Assembly (NCBI RefSeq): GCF_009914755.1
Contig: NC_060939.1
Length of the DNA stretch: 64,000 nt
Strand: one strand, 5' to 3'
Source: the human T2T-CHM13v2.0 reference genome, Homo sapiens
In this document: in pieces, positions 53,801-64,000 of the stretch
Layout of the letters: each line of letters opens with the position of its first letter
Numbering within the stretch: the first letter of the stretch is position 1
Program-made: the position numbers and the translations under genes
The notes under the pieces: generated by a model
Seen by the model: the letters and a program-made list of their open reading frames with translations, nothing else
Told to the model about the DNA's origin: nothing
Databases searched by the model: none

Positions 53801-56800
53801 CCAACTGATTCCATTCCATTCTATTCCTTTCCATTCCATTTCATTCCATTCCATTCCATTTCATTCCATTCCATTCCATTCCATTCCATTCGCTTCCATT
53901 CCATTCGTGTCCATTCCACTCCAGTCCATTCCATTCGTGTCCATTCCATTCCATTCCATTCCATTTGTGTCCACTGCATTCCATTCCACTCCATTCCATA
54001 TTATTCCATTACACTCCCTTCCATACTATTACTTTCATTTCCATTCAATTCCATTCCATTTGATTCCATTCCACTCGGTTTCATTCCATTTGAGTCCACT
54101 CCATTCCATTCCATTCCATTCCATTCAGTTCCATTCCATTCTGTTCCATTCCATTCCGTTCCATTACATTCCATTCCATTCTTTACCATTCCATATTGTT
54201 CCATTCGATTCCATTCGAATCCATTCCATTCCAGTCCATTCCATTCGATTCCATTCCATTCCTTTCAATTCCATTCCATTCCATTCCATTCCACTTGATT
54301 CCACTCCATTCCCTTCCACTGCATTCCATTCGATTCCATTCCATTGCATTGCATTCCATTCCATTGGACTGCATTCCATTCGATTCCATTCCATTCGAAT
54401 CAATTACATAGCAATCCATTACATTCGAGTCTATTCTATTCCGTTCCATTCGATTTCGTTCCAATCCATTCGATTCCATTCCATTCGATTCCATTCCATA
54501 CTATTGCATTCCATTCGATTACATTATATTCGAATAAGTTCCATTCAAGACCATTTCTTTTGAGTCCATTCTATTTGAGTCCATTCCCTTTGATTCCATA
54601 ACATTTGAGTCCATTCAATTCCATTCCTTTCGTTCCCATTCCATTTGATGCCATTCCATTCAATTCTGTTCTACTCGACTCCAATACATTCAATTCCATT
54701 CCATTCGATTCCATTACATTCTTTTCATTTCTTATCCATTTCAAGCCATTCCACTCCATTCCATTCCACTCGTTTCCTTTCCATTCGAGTCCATTCCTCT
54801 CCAGTCCATTCCGTTCAATCCATTCCATTCCAGTCCATTCCATTCGAGTCCGTTCCATTCCAGTCCATTCCATTCGAGTCAATTCCATTCCATTCGATGT
54901 CTTTCCATAACGATCCATTCCATTCTATTCCTTTCGATTCCATTCCATTCTATTTCATTCCATTCGATTCCCTTCCATTGGACTCCTTTCCATTCGAGTG
55001 CATTCCATTCCGTTCCATTTCTTTCCGTTCTGTGCGATTCCTACCGTTTGATTTCATTTTGTTCCAGTCCATTCCTTTCGCGTCCATTCCATTCCATTTC
55101 ACTCCATTCGATTCCATTCCACTCGATTCCACTTCGTTCCATTTCATTGCATTCCATTCTATTCAACTCTATTGCCTTCCATTCCATTCCATTCGATTAC
55201 ATTCCATGCGATTCCATTCGAAATCGAATCAATTACATTGCAATCCATTACTATTGAGTCCATTTTATTCCAGTCCACTGCATTCTGGTCCATTCCATTT
55301 GATTCCATTCCATTCTATTCCATTCCATACAGTTGCATTCCATTGGATTCCATTCTATATCTATAAATTCAATTCGAGACCATTGCTTTTGAATCCATTC
55401 TATATGATTCCATTCCATTCAAGTCCATTACATTTGGTTCAATTCCATTCCATTCCATTCCCTTCCATTCCATTCCAGTTGATATCAATCCATTCGATTC
55501 CATTCCATTCGAGCACATTCCTTTCAAGTCCATTCCATTCGATGTCATTCCATTTGATTCTATTCCATTAGTCTCCATTCAATTCCATTAATCTCCATTC
55601 CATTCCATTCTACTCCAACTGATTCCATTCCATTCTATTCCTTTCCATTCCATTTCATTCCATTCCATTCCGTTCCATTACATTCCATTCGCTTCCATTC
55701 CATTCGTGTCCATTCCACTCCAGTCCATTCCATTCGTGTCCATTCCATTCCAGTCCATTCCATTTGTGTCCACTGCATTCCATTCCACTCCATTCCATAT
55801 TATTCCATTACACTCCATTCCATTCTATTACTTTCATTTCCATTCAATTCCGTTCCATTTGATTCCATTCCACTCGGTTTCATTCCATTTGAGTCCACTC
55901 CATTCCATTCCATTCCATTCCATTCAGTTCCATTCCATTCTGTTCCATTCCATTCCGTTCCATTGCATTCCATTCCATTCGGTACCATTCCATATTGTTC
56001 CATTCGATTCCATTCGAATCCATTCCATTCCAGTCCATTCCATTCGATTCCATTCCATTCCTTTCAATTCCATTCCATTCCATTCCATTCCACTTGATTC
56101 CACTCCATTCCCTTCCACTGCATTCCATTCGATTCCATTCCATTGCATTGCATTCCATTCCATTGGACTGCATTCCATTCGATTCCATTCCATTCGAATC
56201 AATTACATAGCAATCCATTACATTCGAGTCTATTCTATTCCGTTCCATTCGATTTCATTCCAATCCATTCGATTCCATTCCATACTATTGCATTCCATTC
56301 GATTACATTATATTCGAATAAGTTCCATTCAAGACCATTTCTTTTGAGTCCATTCTATTTGAGTCCATTCCCTTTGATTCCATAACATTTGAGTCCATTC
56401 AATTCCATTCCTTTTGTTTCCATTCCATTTGATGCCATTCCATTCAATTCTGTTCTACTCGACTCCAATACATTCAATTCCATTCCATCCGATTCCATTA
56501 CATTCTTTTCATTTCTTATCCATTTCAAGCCATTCCACTCCATTCCATTCCACTCGTTTCCTTTCCATTCGAGTCCATTCCTCTCCAGTCCATTCCGTTC
56601 AATCCATTCCATTCCAGTCCATTCCATTTGAGTCCGTTCCATTCCAGTCCATTCCATTCGAGTCAATTCCATTCCATTCGATGTCTTTCCATAACGATCC
56701 ATTCCATTCTATTCCTTTGGATTCCATTCCATTCTATTTCATTCCATTCGATTCCCTTCCATTGGACTCCTTTCCATTCGAGTGCATTCCATTCCGTTCC

Positions 56801-59800
56801 ATTTCTTTCCGTTCTGTACGATTCCTACCGTTCGATTTCATTTTGTTCCAGTCCATTCCTTTCGCGTCCATTCCATTCCATTTCACTCCATTCGATTCCA
56901 TTCCACTCGATTCCACTTCGTTCCATTTCATTGCATTCCATTCTATTCAACTCTATTGCCTTCCATTCCATTCCATTCGATTACATTCCATGCGATTCCA
57001 TTCGAAATCGAATCAATTACATTGCAATCCATTACTATTGAGTCCATTTTATTCCAGTCCACTGCATTCTGGTCCATTCCATTTGATTCCATTCCATTCT
57101 ATTCCATTCCATACAGTTGCATTCCATTGGATTCCATTCTATATCTATAAATTCAATTCGAGACCATTGCTTTTGAATCCATTCCATAGGATTCCATTCC
57201 ATTCAAGTCCATTACATTTGGTTCAATTCCATTCCATTCCATTCCCTTCCATTCCATTCCAGTTGATATCAATCCATTCGATTCCATTCCATTCGAGCAC
57301 ATTCCATTCCAGTCCATTCCATTCGATGCCATTCCATTTGATTCTATTCCATTAGTCTCCATTCAATTCCATTAATCTCCATTCCATTCCATTCTACTCC
57401 AACTGATTCCATTCCATTCTATTCCTTTCCATTCCATTTCATTCCATTCCATTCCATTTCATTCCATTCCATTCCATTCGCTTCCATTCCATTCGTGTCC
57501 ATTCCACTCCAGTCCATTCCATTCGTGTCCATTCCATTCCAGTCCATTCCATTTGTGTCCACTGCATTCCATTCCACTCCATTCCATACTATTCCATTAC
57601 ACTCCATTCCATTCTATTACTTTCATTTCCATTCAATTCCATTCCATTTGATTCCATTCCACTCGGTTTCATTCCATTTGAGTCCATTCCATTCCATTCC
57701 ATTCCATTCCATTCAGTTCCATTCCATTCTGTTCCATTCCATTCCGTTCCATTACATTCCATTCCATTCGGTACCATTCCATATTGTTCCATTCGATTCC
57801 ATTCGAATCCATTCCATTCCAGTCCATTCCATTCGATTCCATTCCATTCATTTCAATTCCATTCCATTCCATTCCATTACATTCCACTTGATTCCTCTCC
57901 ATTCCCTTCCACTGCATTCCGTTCGATTCCATTCCATTGCATTGCATTCCATTCCATTGTATTGCATTCCATTCGATTCCATTCCATTCGAATCAATTAC
58001 ATAGCAATCCATTACATTCGAGTCTATTCTATTCCGTTCCATTCGATTTCGTTCCAATCCATTCGATTCCATTCCATTCGATTCCATTCCATACTATTGC
58101 ATTCCATTCGATTACATTATATTCGAATAAGTTCCATTCAAGACCATTTCTTTTGAGTCCATTCTTTTTGAGTCCATTCCCTTTGATTCCATAACATTTG
58201 AGTCCATTCAATTCCATTCCTTTCGTTTGCATTCCATTTGATGCCATTCCATTCAATTCTGTTCTACTCGACTCCAATACATTCAATTCCATTCCATCCG
58301 ATTCCATTACATTCTTTTCATTTCTTATCCATTTCAAGCCATTCCACTCCATTCCATTCCACTCGTTTCCTTTCCATTCGAGTCCATTCCTCTCCAGTCC
58401 ATTCCGTTCAATCCATTCCATTCCAGTCCATTCCATTCGAGTCCGTTCCATTCCAGTCCTCTCTATTCGAGTCAATTCCATCCCATTCGATGTTTTTCCA
58501 TAACGATCCATTCCATTCTATTCCTTTCGATTCCATTCCATTCTACTTCATTCAATTCGATTCCCTTCCATTGGACTCCTTTCCATTCGAGTGCATTCCA
58601 TTCTGTTCCATTTCGTACCGTTCTGTACGATTCCTACCGTTCGATTTCATTTTGTTCCAGTCCATTCCTTTCGCGTCCATTCCATTCCATTTCACTCCAT
58701 TCGATTCCATTCCACTCGATTCCACTTCGTTCCATTTCATTGCATTCCATTCTATTCAACTCTATTGCCTTCCATTCCATTCCATTCGATTACATTCCAT
58801 GCGATTCCGTTCGAAATCGAATCAATTACATTGCAATCCATTACTATTGAGTCCATTTTATTCCAGTCCACTGCATTCTGGTCCATTCCATTTGATTCCA
58901 TTCCATTCTATTCCATTCCATACAGTTGCATTCCATTGGATTCCATTCTATATCTATAAATTCAATTCGAGACCATTGCTTTTGAATCCATTCTATATGA
59001 TTCCATTCCATTCAAGTCCATTACATTTGGTTCAATTTCATTCCATTCCATTCCCTTCCATTCCATTCCAGTTGATATCAATCCATTCGATTCCATTCCA
59101 TTCGAGCACATTCCATTTGAGTCCATTCCATTCGATGCCATTCCATTTGATTCTATTCCATTAGTCTCCATTCAATTCCATTAATCTCCATTCCATTCCA
59201 TTCTACTCCAACTGATTCCATTCCATTCTATTCCTTTCCATTCCATTTCATTCCATTCCATTCCATTTCATTCCATTCCATTCCATTCCATTGCATTCGC
59301 TTCCATTCCATTCGTGTCCATTCCACTCCAGTCCATTCCATTCGTGTCCATTCCATTCCATTCCATTCCATTTGTGTCCACTGCATTCCATTCCACTCCA
59401 TTCCATATTATTCCATTACACTCCCTTCCATACTATTACTTTCATTTCCATTCAATTCCATTCCATTTGATTCCATTCCACTCGGTTTCATTCCATTTGA
59501 GTCCACTCCATTCCATTCCATTCCATTCCATTCAGTTCCATTCCATTCTGTTCCATTCCATTCCGTTCCATTACATTCCATTCCATTCTTTACCATTCCA
59601 TATTGTTCCATTCGATTCCATTCGAATCCATTCCATTCCAGTCCATTCCATTCGATTCCATTCCATTCCTTTCAATTCCATTCCATTCCATTCCATTCCA
59701 CTTGATTCCACTCCATTCCCTTCCACTGCATTCCATTCGATTCCATTCCATTGCATTGCATTCCATTCCATTGGACTGCATTCCATTCGATTCCATTCCA

Positions 59801-61700
59801 TTCGAATCAATTACATAGCAATCCATTACATTCGAGTCTATTCTATTCCGTTCCATTCGATTTCGTTCCAATCCATTCGATTCCATTCCATTCGATTCCA
59901 TTCCATACTATTGCATTCCATTCGATTACATTATATTCGAATAAGTTCCATTCAAGACCATTTCTTTTGAGTCCATTCTATTTGAGTCCATTCCCTTTGA
60001 TTCCATAACATTTGAGTCCATTCAATTCCATTCCTTTCGTTCCCATTCCATTTGATGCCATTCCATTCAATTCTGTTCTACTCGACTCCAATACATTCAA
60101 TTCCATTCCATTCGATTCCATTACATTCTTTTCATTTCTTATCCATTTCAAGCCATTCCACTCCATTCCATTCCACTCGTTTCCTTTCCATTCGAGTCCA
60201 TTCCTCTCCAGTCCATTCCGTTCAATCCATTCCATTCCAGTCCATTCCATTCGAGTCCGTTCCATTCCAGTCCATTCCATTCGAGTCAATTCCATTCCAT
60301 TCGATGTCTTTCCATAACGATCCATTCCATTCTATTCCTTTCGATTCCATTCCATTCTATTTCATTCCATTCGATTCCCTTCCATTGGACTCCTTTCCAT
60401 TCGAGTGCATTCCATTCCGTTCCATTTCTTTCCGTTCTGTGCGATTCCTACCGTTTGATTTCATTTTGTTCCAGTCCATTCCTTTCGCGTCCATTCCATT
60501 CCATTTCACTCCATTCGATTCCATTCCACTCGATTCCACTTCGTTCCATTTCATTGCATTCCATTCTATTCAACTCTATTGCCTTCCATTCCATTCCATT
60601 CGATTACATTCCATGCGATTCCATTCGAAATCGAATCAATTACATTGCAATCCATTACTATTGAGTCCATTTTATTCCAGTCCACTGCATTCTGGTCCAT
60701 TCCATTTGATTCCATTCCATTCTATTCCATTCCATACAGTTGCATTCCATTGGATTCCATTCTATATCTATAAATTCAATTCGAGACCATTGCTTTTGAA
60801 TCCATTCTATATGATTCCATTCCATTCAAGTCCATTACATTTGGTTCAATTCCATTCCATTCCATTCCCTTCCATTCCATTCCAGTTGATATCAATCCAT
60901 TCGATTCCATTCCATTCGAGCACATTCCTTTCAAGTCCATTCCATTCGATGTCATTCCATTTGATTCTATTCCATTAGTCTCCATTCAATTCCATTAATC
61001 TCCATTCCATTCCATTCTACTCCAACTGATTCCATTCCATTCTATTCCTTTCCATTCCATTTCATTCCATTCCATTCCGTTCCATTACATTCCATTCGCT
61101 TCCATTCCATTCGTGTCCATTCCACTCCAGTCCATTCCATTCGTGTCCATTCCATTCCAGTCCATTCCATTTGTGTCCACTGCATTCCATTCCACTCCAT
61201 TCCATATTATTCCATTACACTCCATTCCATTCTATTACTTTCATTTCCATTCAATTCCGTTCCATTTGATTCCATTCCACTCGGTTTCATTCCATTTGAG
61301 TCCACTCCATTCCATTCCATTCCATTCCATTCAGTTCCATTCCATTCTGTTCCATTCCATTCCGTTCCATTGCATTCCATTCCATTCGGTACCATTCCAT
61401 ATTGTTCCATTCGATTCCATTCGAATCCATTCCATTCCAGTCCATTCCATTCGATTCCATTCCATTCCTTTCAATTCCATTCCATTCCATTCCATTCCAC
61501 TTGATTCCACTCCATTCCCTTCCACTGCATTCCATTCGATTCCATTCCATTGCATTGCATTCCATTCCATTGGACTGCATTCCATTCGATTCCATTCCAT
61601 TCGAATCAATTACATAGCAATCCATTACATTCGAGTCTATTCTATTCCGTTCCATTCGATTTCATTCCAATCCATTCGATTCCATTCCATACTATTGCAT
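50870..61700 (+). repeat. Three-unit higher-order repeat, period 5407 bp, 2 near-identical copies
   Basis: Landmarks 50982/56389, 52791/58198 and 54605/60012 are all +5407. Shared private variants include CCTTTTGTTT, CATACTATTCC, the KpnI-null CTTTACC (54182/59589) and CTTTCAAGTCC. ORF translations are identical in pairs (51007/56414, 52831/58238, 53907/59314, 54645/60052). Confidence 0.92.
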
Positions 61701-64000
61701 TCCATTCTATTACATTATATTCGAATAAGATCCATTCAAGACCATTTCTTTTGAGTTCATTCTATTTGAGTCCATTCCCTTTGATTCCATAACATTTGAG
61801 TCCATTCAATTCCATTCCTTTCGTTTGCATTCCATTTGATGCCATTCCATTCAATTCTGTGCTACTCGACTCCAATACATTCAATTCCATTCCATCCGAT
61901 TCCATTACATTCTTTTCATTTCTTATCCATTTCAAGCCATTCCACTCCATTCCATTCCACTCGTTTCCTTTCCATTCTAGTCCATTCCTCTCCAGTCCAT
62001 TCCGTTCAATCCATTCCATTCCAGTCCATTCCATTCGAGTCCGTTCCATTCCAGTCCATTCCATTCGAGTCAATTCCATTCCATTCGATGTCTTTCCATA
62101 ACGATCCATTCCATTCTATTCCTTTGGATTCCATTCCATTCTATTTCATTCCATTCGATTCCCTTCCATTGGACTCCTTTCCATTCGAGTGCATTCCATT
62201 CCGTTCCATTTCTTTCCGTTCTGTACGATTCCTACCGTTCGATTTCATTTTGTTCCAGTCCATTCCTTTCGCGTCCATTCCATTCCATTTCACTCCATTC
62301 GATTCCATTCCACTCGATTCCACTTCGTTCCATTTCATTGCATTCCATTCTATTCAACTCTATTGCCTTCCATTCCATTCCATTCGATTACATTCCATGC
62401 GATTCCATTCGAAATCGAATCAATTACATTGCAATCCATTACTATTGAGTCCATTTTATTCCAGTCCACTGCATTCTGGTCCATTCCATTTGATTCCATT
62501 CCATTCTATTCCATTCCATACAGTTGCATTCCATTGGATTCCATTCTATATCTATAAATTCAATTCGAGACCATTGCTTTTGAATCCATTCCATAGGATT
62601 CCATTCCATTCAAGTCCATTACATTTGGTTCAATTCCATTCCATTCCATTCCCTTCCATTCCATTCCAGTTGATATCAATCCATTCGATTCCATTCCATT
62701 CGAGCACATTCCATTCCAGTCCATTCCATTCGATGCCATTACATTTGATTCTATTCCATTAGTCTCCATTCAATTCCATTAATCTCCATTCCATTCCATT
62801 CTACTCCAACTGATTCCATTCCATTCTATTCCTTTCCATTCCATTTCATTCCATTCCATTCCGTTCCATTACATACCATTCGCTTCCATTCCATTCGTGT
62901 CCATTCCACTCCAGTCCATTCCATTCGTGTCCATTCCATTCCAGTCCATTCCATTTGTGTCCACTGCATTCCATTCCACTCCATTCCATATTATTCCATT
63001 ACACTCCATTCCATTCTATTACTTTCATTTCCATTCAATTCCGTTCCATTTGATTCCATTCCACTCGGTTTCATTCCATTTGAGTCCACTCCATTCCATT
63101 CCATTCCATTCCATTCAGTTCCATTCCATTCTGTTCCATTCCATTCCGTTCCATTGCATTCCATTCCATTCGGTACCATTCCATATTGTTCCATTCGATT
63201 CCATTCGAATCCATTCCATTCCAGTCCATTCCATTCGATTCCATTCCATTCCTTTCAATTCCATTCCATTCCATTCCATTCCACTTGATTCCACTCCATT
63301 CCCTTCCACTGCATTCCATTCGATTCCATTCCATTGCATTGCATTCCATTCCATTGGACTGCATTCCATTCGATTCCATTCCATTCGAATCAATTACATA
63401 GCAATCCATTACATTCGAGTCTATTCTATTCCGTTCCATTCGATTTCATTCCAATCCATTCGATTCCATTCCATACTATTGCATTCCATTCGATTACATT
63501 ATATTCGAATAAGATCCATTCAAGACCATTTCTTTTGAGTTCATTCTATTTGAGTCCATTCCCTTTGATTCCATAACATTTGAGTCCATTCAATTCCATT
63601 CCTTTCATTTGCATTCCATTTGATGCCATTCCATTCAATTCTGTGCTACTCGACTCCAATACATTCAATTCCATTCCATCCGATTCCATTACATTCTTTT
63701 CATTTCTTATCCATTTCAAGCCATTCCACTCCATTCCATTCCACTCGTTTCCTTTCCATTCGAGTCCATTCCTCTCCAGTCCATTCCGTTCAATCCATTC
63801 CATTCCAGTCCATTCCATTCGAGTCCGTTCCATTCCAGTCCATTCCATTCGAGTCAATTCCATTCCATTCGATATCTTTCCATAACGATCCATTCCATTC
63901 TATTCCTTTGGGTTCCATTCCATTCTATTTCATTCCATTCGATTCCCTTCCATTGGACTCCTTTCCATTCGAGTGCATTCCATTCCGTTCCATTTCTTTC

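Larger units (their letters stand above)
855..63580 (+). repeat. ~1.79-kb tandem repeat unit, 36 landmark copies (about 35.7 units in the window)
   Basis: The homologous landmark (TTGAGTCCATTC following CCATAAC; start of the 'MSPF' ORF) recurs at 855, 2634, 4428, 6227, 7986, 9710, 11488, 13282, 15081, 16875, 18674, 20463, 22257, 24048, 25851, 27630, 29429, 31238, 33042, 34821, 36625, 38399, 40208, 41982, 43791, 45575, 47359, 49168, 50982, 52791, 54605, 56389, 58198, 60012, 61796 and 63580. Confidence 0.97.
1..64000 (+). repeat. Human Satellite III (HSat3) array, (CATTC)n on + strand / (GAATG)n on - strand; likely D15Z1-type pericentromeric/acrocentric heterochromatin
   Basis: Every line is built from CATTC and 1-2 nt variants (CGATT, TGATT, CAATT, CCAGT, CGAGT). 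The recurring CATTCGATGAT signature typical of HSat2 is not seen. There is no unique sequence and no strand switch. The HSat3 family call is very secure. The D15Z1/chr15 assignment is less certain (about 0.7) and rests on the 1.8-kb period with one KpnI site per unit. Confidence 0.97.

Noticed and set aside
50870-61700. The 5407-bp duplication as an assembly artefact
   Set aside because: The copies differ at a few positions (TCCATTCCAC at about 52471 versus TACATTCCAC at about 57878; TTGCATTCGC at about 59291), which favours a real recent duplication. Spanning reads are needed to exclude an artefact fully.
261-63893. Minus-strand MEWNG-repeat ORFs and all other short ORFs
   Set aside because: They are direct translations of (GAATG)n, where an ATG occurs every 5 bp by construction. 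These are well-known spurious 'proteins' from satellite DNA.
1-64000. CRISPR-like repeat-spacer array or other prokaryotic defence system
   Set aside because: There are no unique spacers, no constant 25-45-bp repeat and no adjacent genes. The sequence is a eukaryotic tandem satellite.
1-64000. Identification as DYZ1 (Yq12), chromosome 9 HSat3 or HSat2
   Set aside because: The fundamental period is about 1.79 kb with near-identical neighbours, not the ~3.6-kb DYZ1 unit. The array is not the simpler low-order pentamer type, and the HSat2 CATTCGATGAT pattern is not seen. An alignment to T2T-CHM13 would settle the chromosome.
1-64000. Embedded Alu/L1/ERV insertion, inversion breakpoint or telomeric repeat
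   Set aside because: Landmark spacing never exceeds 1814 bp, leaving no room for an insertion. I saw no poly(A), no GGAAT-oriented segment on the + strand and no TTAGGG tract.

Overview
The whole 64 kb is a single uninterrupted, single-orientation array of human-type classical Satellite III (HSat3). It consists of diverged (CATTC)n pentamers on the + strand, organised into a tandem unit of about 1.79 kb: 36 landmark copies, spacing 1724-1814 bp, mean about 1792 bp. Almost every unit has one KpnI site. A 1.8-kb KpnI-periodic HSat3 fits the D15Z1 array on the chromosome 15 short arm; this is an inference from period and restriction site, not a database match. I see no genes, RNA genes, transposable elements, CRISPR arrays or inversions. 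All ORFs in the track are low-complexity translations of the pentamer. I find no evidence of a new protein-coding or defence system. The interesting content is nested structure: a 5-bp monomer, 15/30-bp sub-repeats, an old internal duplication at about 829 bp offset, the ~1.8-kb unit, and local higher-order repeats of 2, 3, 5 and 9 units. There are also two alternating unit haplotypes, almost strictly phase-preserving indels, and recurrent transcription-factor-like motifs whose function is untested.
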